NCBI GenBank assembly: GCA_965243135.1
Contig: OZ251539.1
Coordinates: forward strand, 3,616,001-3,680,000
Origin: Alphaproteobacteria bacterium
GTDB lineage: Bacteria > Pseudomonadota > Alphaproteobacteria > MPNO01 > UBA830
Reading direction: 5' to 3'
DNA: 64,000 nt
Part shown: in pieces, positions 9,508-18,169 of the stretch
Numbering within the stretch: position 1 is the stretch's first letter
Layout of the letters: each line of letters starts with the position of its first letter
Notes under the pieces: model-generated
What the model was told of the DNA's origin: nothing
The model's input: the letters and a program-made list of their open reading frames with translations, nothing else
The model's database searches: none
Made by a program: the position numbers and the translations under genes

Positions 9508-11046
9508 TCAGGCGGCCTCGCAATCGAACCCGACGACATTGCGCTCTTCGCGGCTGAACTCCACCCCGATCAGGTGGACCGAACGCCCGAGGTGGCGGTA
9601 CTTGTCCGCGTAGCCCTTCTCCCGCAGCTGCGCGAGCGCGGTCCCTTCCCGCCCGCGCTCCACCACCTTGAACTCGAACAGGTAGACGCGCCCGCCGGCG
9701 CGGATCGCCATGTCGGCGCGCCCCCGGCTGCCGCTGTCCTCGGCCACCGGCTCGAAGCCCTCCATCAGGAAGCAACTGTGGATGACGCTCGCGTAGTGGG
9801 CCTCGTACTTCGCGACCGGGCTGTTCATGTACCACTGGTGCGGGATGGCGGCGAAGACGCCGCGGAACAGGGTTTCGAGGCGCTTGAAGTCGTTCGCCTC
9901 CAGCAATTCGCCCAGCCGCAGGTTCTCCGTCTCCTCGCGGGCCTCGACCGGGAGCAGTTCTTCCAGCAGGGCCTCGCCCAGGCTCTGGCGCACCTCGAGG
10001 TTCGGGTAGCCCAGCCGGTAGCGCCCGTCCTCCTCGCCGACGATGGTGAGGTAGCCGGTCTGGAACAGAAGCGCCTCGACCGAGATTCTGTCCACGTCGA
10101 AGGTCGAGAGCAGGCTCTCGCTGCCGATCATGCCGTCCAGGCGGGGAGTGGGCAGGTTGCGGCGCACCAGCGTCTCGACCAGAAAGGTCGGCGTGCCGCT
10201 CTCGAACCAGTAGTTGCCGAACCTGCGCTCGGCGAACAGCAGCAGGAGGCCGAATGGATTGTAGAGCTTCTCCGGCCCGCGCCAGTTGTAGCCGTTGTAC
10301 CAGCGGCGGACCTCGTCCCGGTCCAGGCCCTCCAGTTCCGGGGCGAAGACCGCGTCCAGCTCGTCGTCGGTGCAGCCGCAGATGTCCGAGAACTCCGGCA
10401 CCAGCGTGATGTCGCGCAGGTTGTTCAGGCCAGAGAACAGGCCCGCCTTCGAGAATTTGCTCACCCCCGTCAGGAAAACGAAACGGAGCTGCCTGTCGCA
10501 GGCCTTGATCACCCCGTACAGGCTGCGCAGGAAGTCGCGGTTGGCCAGCGCCAGCTCCCGGTCGCCGAGCGCGTCCAGGATCGGCTTGTCGTATTCGTCC
10601 ACCAGGACGACCGTTCGCTGCCCGGTGCGCTCGTGCAGCGTCCTTATCAGGCGCCGGAAACGAACCGCCGCCCCGGCGGGACCCGGTTCGAGGCCGGCCT
10701 GCATCTCCGTCTCTTCCAGCTGCGCTTCCACGGTTTCCCGAACTCCGTCCGGGCCGTCGAAACGGCCCACGCCGCTGAAATCCAGCCGCACGACCGGGTG
10801 GCGCGCCGACCAGTCCCACCTGCCGTGCACGGCGAGGCCCCGGAACAACTCCTCGCTTCCTTCGAACAGCTCCTGCAGCGTGTCCACCAGCAGGGTCTTG
10901 CCGAACCGGCGCGGACGCGACAGGAAATAGTACTTGCCCATCTCGACCAGGCGGCGCGCATGGTCCGTCTTGTCGACGTAGTAGCAGTCCATCCCCCGAA
11001 TCTCCCGGAGGGAGGAAAAGCCGATCGGAAGCATGCGTTTCGTCAT
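9508..11046 (-). CDS. AAA-ATPase-like/PD-(D/E)XK nuclease, copy 3 (intact)
   Basis: 512 aa, same motifs (RPRRFGKT). Confidence 0.93.
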   Translation of the reverse strand: MTKRMLPIGFSSLREIRGMDCYYVDKTDHARRLVEMGKYYFLSRPRRFGKTLLVDTLQELFEGSEELFRGLAVHGRWDWSARHPVVRLDFSGVGRFDGPDGVRETVEAQLEETEMQAGLEPGPAGAAVRFRRLIRTLHERTGQRTVVLVDEYDKPILDALGDRELALANRDFLRSLYGVIKACDRQLRFVFLTGVSKFSKAGLFSGLNNLRDITLVPEFSDICGCTDDELDAVFAPELEGLDRDEVRRWYNGYNWRGPEKLYNPFGLLLLFAERRFGNYWFESGTPTFLVETLVRRNLPTPRLDGMIGSESLLSTFDVDRISVEALLFQTGYLTIVGEEDGRYRLGYPNLEVRQSLGEALLEELLPVEAREETENLRLGELLEANDFKRLETLFRGVFAAIPHQWYMNSPVAKYEAHYASVIHSCFLMEGFEPVAEDSGSRGRADMAIRAGGRVYLFEFKVVERGREGTALAQLREKGYADKYRHLGRSVHLIGVEFSREERNVVGFDCEAA

Positions 11047-11052
11047 TCGAAG

Positions 11053-11081
11053 AGGGTAGGCCGCCGCGCCGGAGACGTCAA
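11053..11081 (-). promoter_or_regulatory. Sigma70 promoter of AAA copy 3 (leaderless)
   Basis: TTGACG-17-TACCCT-6-ATG. Confidence 0.7.
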
Positions 11082-11113
11082 GGAGGAGGCGGTCGCAAGC
11101 GTGATTAACCGAC

Positions 11114-11160
11114 GATATGACCGGTCCATATGGCCTGTCCGGTTTTGGAACGCCTCAGGG
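11114..11160 (+). repeat. Short IS-end relic
   Basis: GATATGACCGGTCCATATGGCCTGTCCGGTTTTGGAACGC resembles 5716, 9036 and 63813. Confidence 0.6.
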
Positions 11161-11246
11161 AAGCGGCGGCGGGAAAGCGCATCTTCGTCCGGCGGAACGT
11201 CGCGCGACGGAAGCCCTCGCGCTGGAAAGCAGGGTCTGCGTCGGCT

Positions 11247-12206
11247 TCACGCGCCGTGATAGGCGCGGTACCACTCGACGAATTTCGGGATCCCGTCCTC
11301 GATCGGGGTCGTCGGCGCGTAGCCGAGATCCCTCTCGGTCGCGCCGATGTCGGCCCAGGTTTCCTGCACGTCGCCGGGCTGCATCGGCTCCAGGATCCTT
11401 TCGGCGCGCCTGCCGAGCGCCTTCTCAAGGAGTTCGATCATCCGCGTCAGCGACTCGGACCGTCCGGCGCCGACGTTGTAGAGCCGGTGCGGCGCCTCGG
11501 CGGGTGGCGGATTGTCCAGCGCCGCGACGACGCCGGTCACGACGTCGTCGACGAAAGTGAAATCCCGCTTCATGTCGCCGCGATTGAAGACGCGGATCGG
11601 ACGGCCTTCGAGGATCGCCTCCGTGAAGAGGTAGAGCGCCATGTCCGGCCGTCCCCACGGCCCGTACGCGGTGAAGAAGCGCAACCCGGTCTGCGGCAGG
11701 CCGTAGAGGTGGCCGTAGCAATGGCTCATGTGCTCGTCGGCCAGCTTGGTCGCCGCGTAGAGCGAAACCGGCCTGTCGACCCGGTCCTCGACGGAGAAGG
11801 GAAGGCTGTCGTTGCCTCCGTAGACCGAACTGGAACTCGCGTAGACCAGATGTTCGAAGGACGGCGAGCGGCGGCACAGCTCCAGGACGGCCAGATGGCC
11901 CGTCAGATTCGATCCGACATAGGCGAACGGGCGATCGATCGAATGACGGACGCCCGCCTGGGCCGCGAGGTGAACGACGCGCCCGGCGCCGCCGAGAGCC
12001 GCCAGCGCCGCCGGGTCGGCCAGATCGATCCGGTGGAATTCGAAGTCCTTCCGGCTCGTCAACAGCGCCAGCCGCGCCTTCTTGAGCGCGACGCTGTAGT
12101 AGTCGTTCAGGTTGTCCAGCCCGACGACCCGCTCGCCGCGCTCCAGAAGGCGGAGGGCGGCATGGTATCCGATGAACCCTGCGACGCCGGTTACGAGAAC
12201 CGTCAC
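11247..12206 (-). CDS. NAD-dependent epimerase (UDP-glucuronate 4-epimerase-like)
   Basis: TGVAGFIG, HLAAQAGVR, YASSSSVYG, YAATK, GLRFFTAYGPWGRPDMA. Confidence 0.92.
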   Translation of the reverse strand: MTVLVTGVAGFIGYHAALRLLERGERVVGLDNLNDYYSVALKKARLALLTSRKDFEFHRIDLADPAALAALGGAGRVVHLAAQAGVRHSIDRPFAYVGSNLTGHLAVLELCRRSPSFEHLVYASSSSVYGGNDSLPFSVEDRVDRPVSLYAATKLADEHMSHCYGHLYGLPQTGLRFFTAYGPWGRPDMALYLFTEAILEGRPIRVFNRGDMKRDFTFVDDVVTGVVAALDNPPPAEAPHRLYNVGAGRSESLTRMIELLEKALGRRAERILEPMQPGDVQETWADIGATERDLGYAPTTPIEDGIPKFVEWYRAYHGA

Positions 12207-12258
12207 GCGGCGTCTCCCGGCGCCTCGACCGCGGCGGCGGACCGCCGGGCGGCGGCCA

Positions 12259-13323
12259 CTAGGCGGAAGATCCGGCGAACGCCGGAATGACCTTTTCCCC
12301 GAACAGCTTCACCGAGCGCTCCGCGTCCTCGTAAGCCATGTCGTTGAAATTGACCTGGAGCGAAGCGTCGTCGAACCCTCCGACCTGCCTGTCGTAGTCG
12401 CGGATCTGCTCGATCAGGGCCTCGGGAGTCCCGACCCATGCGGCGCCCTTTTCGACCTGGCTCTCGAAGGTCTCGCGGTCGAGGGCGGCGATCATCTTGT
12501 CGTATCCCTTGTAGGCGTCCGATCGCGTGCCGCCGACCCAGTCGCTCGCCGCGTCGACGAGGGACTTGAGGTACCGGTTGAGCGGATCGCGAGCCGCCCG
12601 CACCGCCTCGTCCTTGGTCTCGGCGCAGTACATGTGGAACGCCAGCATGACGCGGCCGTCGCCTTCGTGACCCGCGGACTTCCACGCTTCGCGGTAAATG
12701 CCGATCAGTTCGGCCATGTGCGACCCGCCGATCGGAATCGCCATGATCCGGTTGCCCACGCGCCCCGCTTTCTCGAACGACTCCGGCGTGGTGAACGCGG
12801 CGGTCCAGAACGGCGGGCGCGGCTTGCTGGTGGGCCTGGGCAGGGAGGTGACGTTTCTGAAGCTGTGGAACCGCCCTTCGTGGGTCGCGTTCTCCCGGGT
12901 CAGCAGAAGGTCGACCTGCTCCATGCCCTCGTCGAACCGCGCCACGCTCTCGTCGAGCTCGATGCCGAAGCGGTCGTATTCGTGCGGCAGGAAGGCCCTC
13001 GCGAAACCGATCTCGGCGCGCCCGCCGGTGATCGCGTCGAGCATGCCGATCTCGCCCGCCAGCTTGAGCGGATTGTTGAATACGGGCAGCACCGCGCCGG
13101 TGACGATGCGCGCCTGCCGGGCCCGCTGCGACAACGCCGTCAGGAAGACCACCGGATTTGGGCTGTACCCGCCGTAGGGATGGAAATAGTGCTCGACCGT
13201 CCGAAGATGCGTGTAGCCCAAGGCGTCGGCGTATTCCGCCAGCCGCAAGCATTCGTCGAAATACTGCGCTCCCGATTTCTGGTCCGGCCCCACGTCCGGG
13301 AAAAACTGAATTCCGAATTCCAT
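12259..13323 (-). CDS. LLM-class flavin-dependent oxidoreductase
   Basis: MEFGIQFF, EHYF..YGGYSPNP, NPLKLAGEIGMLD..GR. Confidence 0.9.
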   Translation of the reverse strand: MEFGIQFFPDVGPDQKSGAQYFDECLRLAEYADALGYTHLRTVEHYFHPYGGYSPNPVVFLTALSQRARQARIVTGAVLPVFNNPLKLAGEIGMLDAITGGRAEIGFARAFLPHEYDRFGIELDESVARFDEGMEQVDLLLTRENATHEGRFHSFRNVTSLPRPTSKPRPPFWTAAFTTPESFEKAGRVGNRIMAIPIGGSHMAELIGIYREAWKSAGHEGDGRVMLAFHMYCAETKDEAVRAARDPLNRYLKSLVDAASDWVGGTRSDAYKGYDKMIAALDRETFESQVEKGAAWVGTPEALIEQIRDYDRQVGGFDDASLQVNFNDMAYEDAERSVKLFGEKVIPAFAGSSA

Positions 13324-13370
13324 CGCCGTCTCCCGCTTTCCCGCGCCTCGTCCCGCCCGGACTTTACGAC

Positions 13371-13400
13371 GCAAATTGATCCGTGTACAGATCAATTTGC
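13371..13400. promoter_or_regulatory. Palindromic operator, probable MarR site
   Basis: Perfect 11-bp inverted repeat GCAAATTGATC-N8-GATCAATTTGC between the divergent LLM and MarR genes. Confidence 0.75.
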
Positions 13401-13419
13401 CGGAGGACGGGCAGCGGAC

Positions 13420-13887
13420 ATGGACGAGGCGGTCGGGAACCTGAGGCGGCGGGTCGCGAGCTACCCGCTGGGCGAAGCGCCGGGCCACCTGATCCGGCGA
13501 TGCCAGCAGCGCGCCATCGACCTCTTCGTCGAGGAGGTCGGGGACGGCGGCCCGACGCCGCGGCAGTTCGCCGTGCTGCTGACCGTGTACCAGAAGCCCG
13601 GGATGATGCAGGCCGATCTGGTCCGCGTCACCGGCATCGACCGCAGCACCCTCGCCGAAATCATCCGCAGGTTGACGGACCGCGGCCAGCTCGCGCGCGT
13701 CCGAACGGCGGCGGACCGCCGCGCCAACGCGCTGACTCTGACCCCCGCGGGAGAAGCCGCGCTGCTGGCCGCGTTCGAGGCCGCCGAGCGGGCGCAACGC
13801 CGCATCCTCGAACCCGTCGCGCCGGACCGCCGGGGCGATGCGATGGCCGTGCTCGCGCTGCTGGCCGGGCTGCCGCCGCATGCCTGA
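13420..13887 (+). CDS. MarR-family transcriptional regulator
   Basis: PGHLIRRCQQ, TPRQFAVL, TGIDRSTL, DRRANALTLT. GGAGG upstream. Confidence 0.9.
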   Translation: MDEAVGNLRRRVASYPLGEAPGHLIRRCQQRAIDLFVEEVGDGGPTPRQFAVLLTVYQKPGMMQADLVRVTGIDRSTLAEIIRRLTDRGQLARVRTAADRRANALTLTPAGEAALLAAFEAAERAQRRILEPVAPDRRGDAMAVLALLAGLPPHA

Positions 13888-16800
13888 ATCGGAGGCCGGA
13901 CGGCCCGCCCTGATTCCGGGCAGCGAGGTTACGATGGTCGGAACCGTCAAGAGCCCGCGGCGCCATTCCTCCCGGAACGGCCCCTTCGCAACGGCGACCC
14001 TGCTCGCCGACGACGGACGCGAGGTCCGCGCCGTCTGGTGGGACGCGGAAACGGCGCCGGCCGCCGATTGGCGCGTGGCGGTGCGCGGCGAGGTCAAGCT
14101 GCGCGACAGCGCTCCCCAGATCCAGGCGCGCAGAACCGAGCGGCTCGAACCGACGCGCCATCCCCTCGCCTCCGTCGCCCGCTTCTATCTCGGCTGCGTC
14201 GAAGCCGAAGCGGCCGACGAATTGCGCCTGCGGACCGGCGAGCCGTCCCACGTCCTTCTCGCCCACGGCGCCAGTCCGCTGTACGGTCCGAGAGTTCTTC
14301 CCGATTCCGCAGATTCCTGGTGCCGCAACCGCCAAGAGGCGATCGGCGAGACGATCGTCGCAGGCTGGCCGCTGGCGGCGGGAGTGGACGTCAAGGGCTT
14401 CGCCTTGTCGCCCCTTCTCGTGTCCGATGCGGAGATCGAACGCCGGGACGACGGTTGGATCTGTCGGTGCAGATCCGTCAGCCTCAACCCCTACGCCCTC
14501 GACCTTCTGGGCGTCGAGCGCGAGGAGCGCGACGATCTGGTCCGTCGGACCGCAGGCGATCCGGCCGTCGAAGAAGCCGCGTCGCCGGGGCGGCGGGCGG
14601 CGGCCATTCTCGAAACGCTCCGCGCCTTCGGCGTCGAGGCCCTGGGGGATCCCCAAGCTCTTTCGCCGCCGGGCGACGAACCCGGCATCCATAACGCCGC
14701 GGCGCTCGCGACGTCCACCGGAGCGGCCACGGCCAGCTGGATGCTGATTCAGGATCTCCTGGCTCTGGCGAACGATCCCCGGCTCATGGAGAAAGGGCCG
14801 GCCGCGGTCTTCGCGGGGATTTCGCCGGTCCCGCCGACGCCGACGCCGGACTCCCATCCGTCTCTCCTGCCGTCGACGCTGGCTCAGGATCGAGCGGTGC
14901 ACGCCGCGATGAAAAACGTGCTCACCGTCGTGACCGGTCCGCCGGGCACGGGAAAATCGCAAATGATCGTGAACGCCGTGGCGGCGGCCGTCGTCCGCGG
15001 CGAAAGCGTCCTCCTGGCGTCCAAGAACAACCACGCCGTGGACGTCGTGATCGAGCGGCTTCGGAAAATCTCTCCGGCCGCCGCCGTCGCGCGGGCGGGA
15101 TCCGCGAGCCGGCAGGAGGAACTCGCGAAAACGGTTCGCGAGGCGGCGAACGCCATGCGCCGGTCGAGCGGCGTTTGGGAGCCGTCCGAGAAATGGCTCG
15201 AAGCGAAAAAGCGCGTCGAGGAGGTGCATCGTCTCCTGGGCAACCGGATCCAGGCCGAACGCGAACTGGACGAAGCCCGGCGGGCGCTGGACTCCGCCCT
15301 TCCGGAACTGCCGGCGGGCGCGCCCCTCGACGTCGATTGCGACGCGCTCTCGGCCGCTGTCGCCGACGCCGCGAGGGCGCTCGGCCGTTTCGGCGACCGC
15401 CCCGGCATTTTCCGGAGACGCCGCCGTCACGCGGAACGGCTCGCCCGGGCCCGCGACGCCCTCGATCGGGTGTCCGCCCTGATGGGCGGCATCGCGACGG
15501 AGGACTGCCTCTCCTCGGTCGCCGACCGTCCGATCCGAACCGCGCAGCCGCGGCGCGATTTCCGTTCGATCGAAGATCTCGCCGGGCGGCTTCGCGACGT
15601 TTCCGCCGTCGGGCGCGCGGCGAAAGCCGCCGCCTCCCGGCTTGCGAAGTTGCCGCTTCCTCACCAGTTGGAGGACCGGCTGCGCGACCTGGCCGACGAC
15701 CGGGTCGCCGCGGGCCGGGCCGTTTTCGACGCGCACTGGAAACGGATCGTCCGAGAGAGGTCCGTCGATGCCGCCGACAAACTGGCCGCCGCGCTGGACG
15801 ATTCGCAGAAATCGGGCGCGCGCCGGGCGCGGGCGCTGATCGCCGAATCGCTCCCCGCGATCCCGATATGGGGCGTCACCAACCTGTCGGCGCGGACCAA
15901 CCTGCCGCTGCGGCAGGGACTGTTCGACCTGGTCGTCGTGGACGAAGCTTCCCAGTGCGACATCGCGTCCGCGCTGCCGCTGCTCGTCCGCGGGAAACGC
16001 GCGCTGATCATCGGGGACCGGCGGCAGCTCGTTCACATCTGCTCTCTCGGCCGCGCCCGCGAACGAATCATCGGAGAGCGCTGCGGACTTACGGCCGATC
16101 AGCTGGCGGAGTTCAGCTATCGCGACCGCAGCTGCTTCGATCTCGCGGCCGGACGCGCCGGCCGGTCGTCGATCTTTCTCGACCGGCATTTCCGTTCGCA
16201 TCCGGCGATTTCCGGTTTCGCCAACGAGCGTTTCTACGATCGCCGCATGCAATTGTGCGCCGAGGCGCGGCCGCCCGAAGGGCTTTCGGCGATCCAGTGG
16301 ATCCGGCATCCCGGAGACAGCCGTCCGGGTCCGCGAGGGAGAAGCAGAATGAATCCGGAAGAGGCCGCCGCCGTCGAGAGCGAGGTCGCGCGGGACCTGC
16401 CTTTTCTGGACGAAATCGGCCTCTCCGTCGGGGTGGTCACGCCGTACCGCGCTCAGGTGGACAAGATTGCCGGGCTCCTGTCGAAGCGGGGCGTCGGACC
16501 CGATCGGGTCAACGTCGCGACCGCCCACGGGTTCCAGGGCGACGAACGGGACGTCATCTATTTTTCTCCCGTCGTCGGGCCGTCGATGACGGAACGCCAG
16601 ACCGCCTTCGCCGCGGATCCGAATCTCGTGAACGTCGCATTGACGCGCGCTCGCAGACGGCTGGTGATCGTCGGCAACTTCGACGCCTGCGCGGCCTACG
16701 ACAACCCGCTCCGCGATCTCGCGCGCTACGCGGATCACCTCGAAAGCAAAATGGAAGACAATCCGCTGCGCCTGGCGCTCGGCGAGGCGCTTCTGCAGCG

Positions 16801-17035
16801 CGGCATCCTCGCGGCGGCGGGACGGAGCGTCGGGAGCGACCCCGTGGATCTGGCGATAATCGGCGACCGCGTCCGCATCGACGTCGAGTGCGCGCCGTTT
16901 CCGCCCGGCGGCGATTCCGCGCGGGACAGGCGCGTCGAGGCCGCGGGCTGGAAGGTCCTGCGTTTCGACGGCCGGCGGCTCGGCCACGATCTCGACGGCT
17001 GCGTCGAGACGATACTGAACGCCCTCGGCGCCTGA
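13880..17035 (+). CDS. SF1 (DNA2/NAM7-like) helicase with N-terminal OB-fold-like segment and C-terminal Vsr/DUF559-like nuclease domain
   Basis: GPPGTGKS, SKNNHAVD, VVVDEASQ, IGDRRQL, HFRS, VVTPYRAQ, FQGDERD, NVALTRAR. C-terminal VDLAI..IDVEC..RD....AGWKVLRF. Confidence 0.85.
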   Translation: MPESEAGRPALIPGSEVTMVGTVKSPRRHSSRNGPFATATLLADDGREVRAVWWDAETAPAADWRVAVRGEVKLRDSAPQIQARRTERLEPTRHPLASVARFYLGCVEAEAADELRLRTGEPSHVLLAHGASPLYGPRVLPDSADSWCRNRQEAIGETIVAGWPLAAGVDVKGFALSPLLVSDAEIERRDDGWICRCRSVSLNPYALDLLGVEREERDDLVRRTAGDPAVEEAASPGRRAAAILETLRAFGVEALGDPQALSPPGDEPGIHNAAALATSTGAATASWMLIQDLLALANDPRLMEKGPAAVFAGISPVPPTPTPDSHPSLLPSTLAQDRAVHAAMKNVLTVVTGPPGTGKSQMIVNAVAAAVVRGESVLLASKNNHAVDVVIERLRKISPAAAVARAGSASRQEELAKTVREAANAMRRSSGVWEPSEKWLEAKKRVEEVHRLLGNRIQAERELDEARRALDSALPELPAGAPLDVDCDALSAAVADAARALGRFGDRPGIFRRRRRHAERLARARDALDRVSALMGGIATEDCLSSVADRPIRTAQPRRDFRSIEDLAGRLRDVSAVGRAAKAAASRLAKLPLPHQLEDRLRDLADDRVAAGRAVFDAHWKRIVRERSVDAADKLAAALDDSQKSGARRARALIAESLPAIPIWGVTNLSARTNLPLRQGLFDLVVVDEASQCDIASALPLLVRGKRALIIGDRRQLVHICSLGRARERIIGERCGLTADQLAEFSYRDRSCFDLAAGRAGRSSIFLDRHFRSHPAISGFANERFYDRRMQLCAEARPPEGLSAIQWIRHPGDSRPGPRGRSRMNPEEAAAVESEVARDLPFLDEIGLSVGVVTPYRAQVDKIAGLLSKRGVGPDRVNVATAHGFQGDERDVIYFSPVVGPSMTERQTAFAADPNLVNVALTRARRRLVIVGNFDACAAYDNPLRDLARYADHLESKMEDNPLRLALGEALLQRGILAAAGRSVGSDPVDLAIIGDRVRIDVECAPFPPGGDSARDRRVEAAGWKVLRFDGRRLGHDLDGCVETILNALGA

Positions 17036-17161
17036 GGCGGCCTGCGCGCAACGCCGACGTCCGCCGGTCGCTCGCGCCGACGAACGAAGAGCGGTTTCCG
17101 TTTCGCTATGCGTTTCTGCTATTCTGAAGGCGGCAAAAGTCAGATAAGGGAGAAATCGGCC

Positions 17162-18160
17162 ATGAAGTCCGTCCTGCACGCAGTCCTCGCGGCTGCCCTC
17201 GCAGTAAGCATTCCCGCGACCGCGGGCGCGCAGGTGAAGCGCATCACGATCGGCACCAATCCCCAAGGGTCGACCTATTTTCTGCTCGGCAGCGGCTTTG
17301 CGAAGCTCTTTCAGGAAAAGCTCGAGATCCGCTCGACCGCGCAGCCCCACGCCGGTTCGTCGGTCTACCTTCCGCTGATGGAAGCCGGCGAAATAACCCT
17401 CGGCATGAACTCGTCCCTCGATTCCGGCCTCGCGTACGGCGGCAAGGATCCGTACAAGAACGCGACCCGGAAGGTGCGGGCGATCGCCCGCGTCTGGATC
17501 CTGCCGTACGCGTACATGGTCAAGGAGAGCTCCGGCATCAAGAGCCTCACCGATCTGAAGGGCAAGCGGGTGGTCGTCAAGTTCAAGACCAACGTGTCGC
17601 TCGCCCAGGCCAACCGGACGATACTGAGCTCGGCCGGCCTCGCGATGGACGACATTACCGCGGTCGAATCGGGCGGCGTCGTCGCCAGCATCGGCATGGT
17701 CGTCCAGGGCCGCGTCGACGCGGCGCCCATTGCCACCGGGATGCCGGCGCTGCGCAAGGCGCATGCGACGGTGCCGGGCGGCCTTCGCATCCTGGCGGTC
17801 GGCCCCAAGGGCACCGACGAGTTTCTCGAGGCGGGAATGGCGGGCCTCTACACGGTCACCGAGAAGCCCAACAACCGCAAGCCGTTCGTGCGCGGCGAAA
17901 CGAAGATCGCGGCGTTCGATTCCTACCTCAACGCGGGCACGCAGGTTTCGAACGAAGACGCCTACCGCATGGCGAAGGCGATCTACGAAAACTGGAAACA
18001 GATGCAGAAGGACTATCCGCCTCTCCGCGGGACCCGGCAAGCGGGGCTCGCGCCCGCGAACAATCCGCTTCCGTATCACCCCGGCGCCGCCAAATACTAC
18101 AAGGAAGCGGGCATCTACGCCGACGCCAACGCGAAGCGGGACGCGATGTTGATGAAGTAG
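17162..18160 (+). CDS. TAXI-family TRAP transporter solute-binding protein
   Basis: Signal peptide, ITIGTNPQGSTYF, IKSLTDLKGKRV, PYHPGA. Confidence 0.9.
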   Translation: MKSVLHAVLAAALAVSIPATAGAQVKRITIGTNPQGSTYFLLGSGFAKLFQEKLEIRSTAQPHAGSSVYLPLMEAGEITLGMNSSLDSGLAYGGKDPYKNATRKVRAIARVWILPYAYMVKESSGIKSLTDLKGKRVVVKFKTNVSLAQANRTILSSAGLAMDDITAVESGGVVASIGMVVQGRVDAAPIATGMPALRKAHATVPGGLRILAVGPKGTDEFLEAGMAGLYTVTEKPNNRKPFVRGETKIAAFDSYLNAGTQVSNEDAYRMAKAIYENWKQMQKDYPPLRGTRQAGLAPANNPLPYHPGAAKYYKEAGIYADANAKRDAMLMK

Positions 18161-18169
18161 GGGCGCGGC

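Larger units (their letters stand above)
4351..11105. repeat. Tandem duplication of a ~3.3-3.5 kb unit (spacer + glycosyltransferase + repeat + AAA-nuclease)
   Basis: 4351-5770 aligns with 7671-9090 at an offset of 3320. Each half is followed by an AAA copy. Confidence 0.9.
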
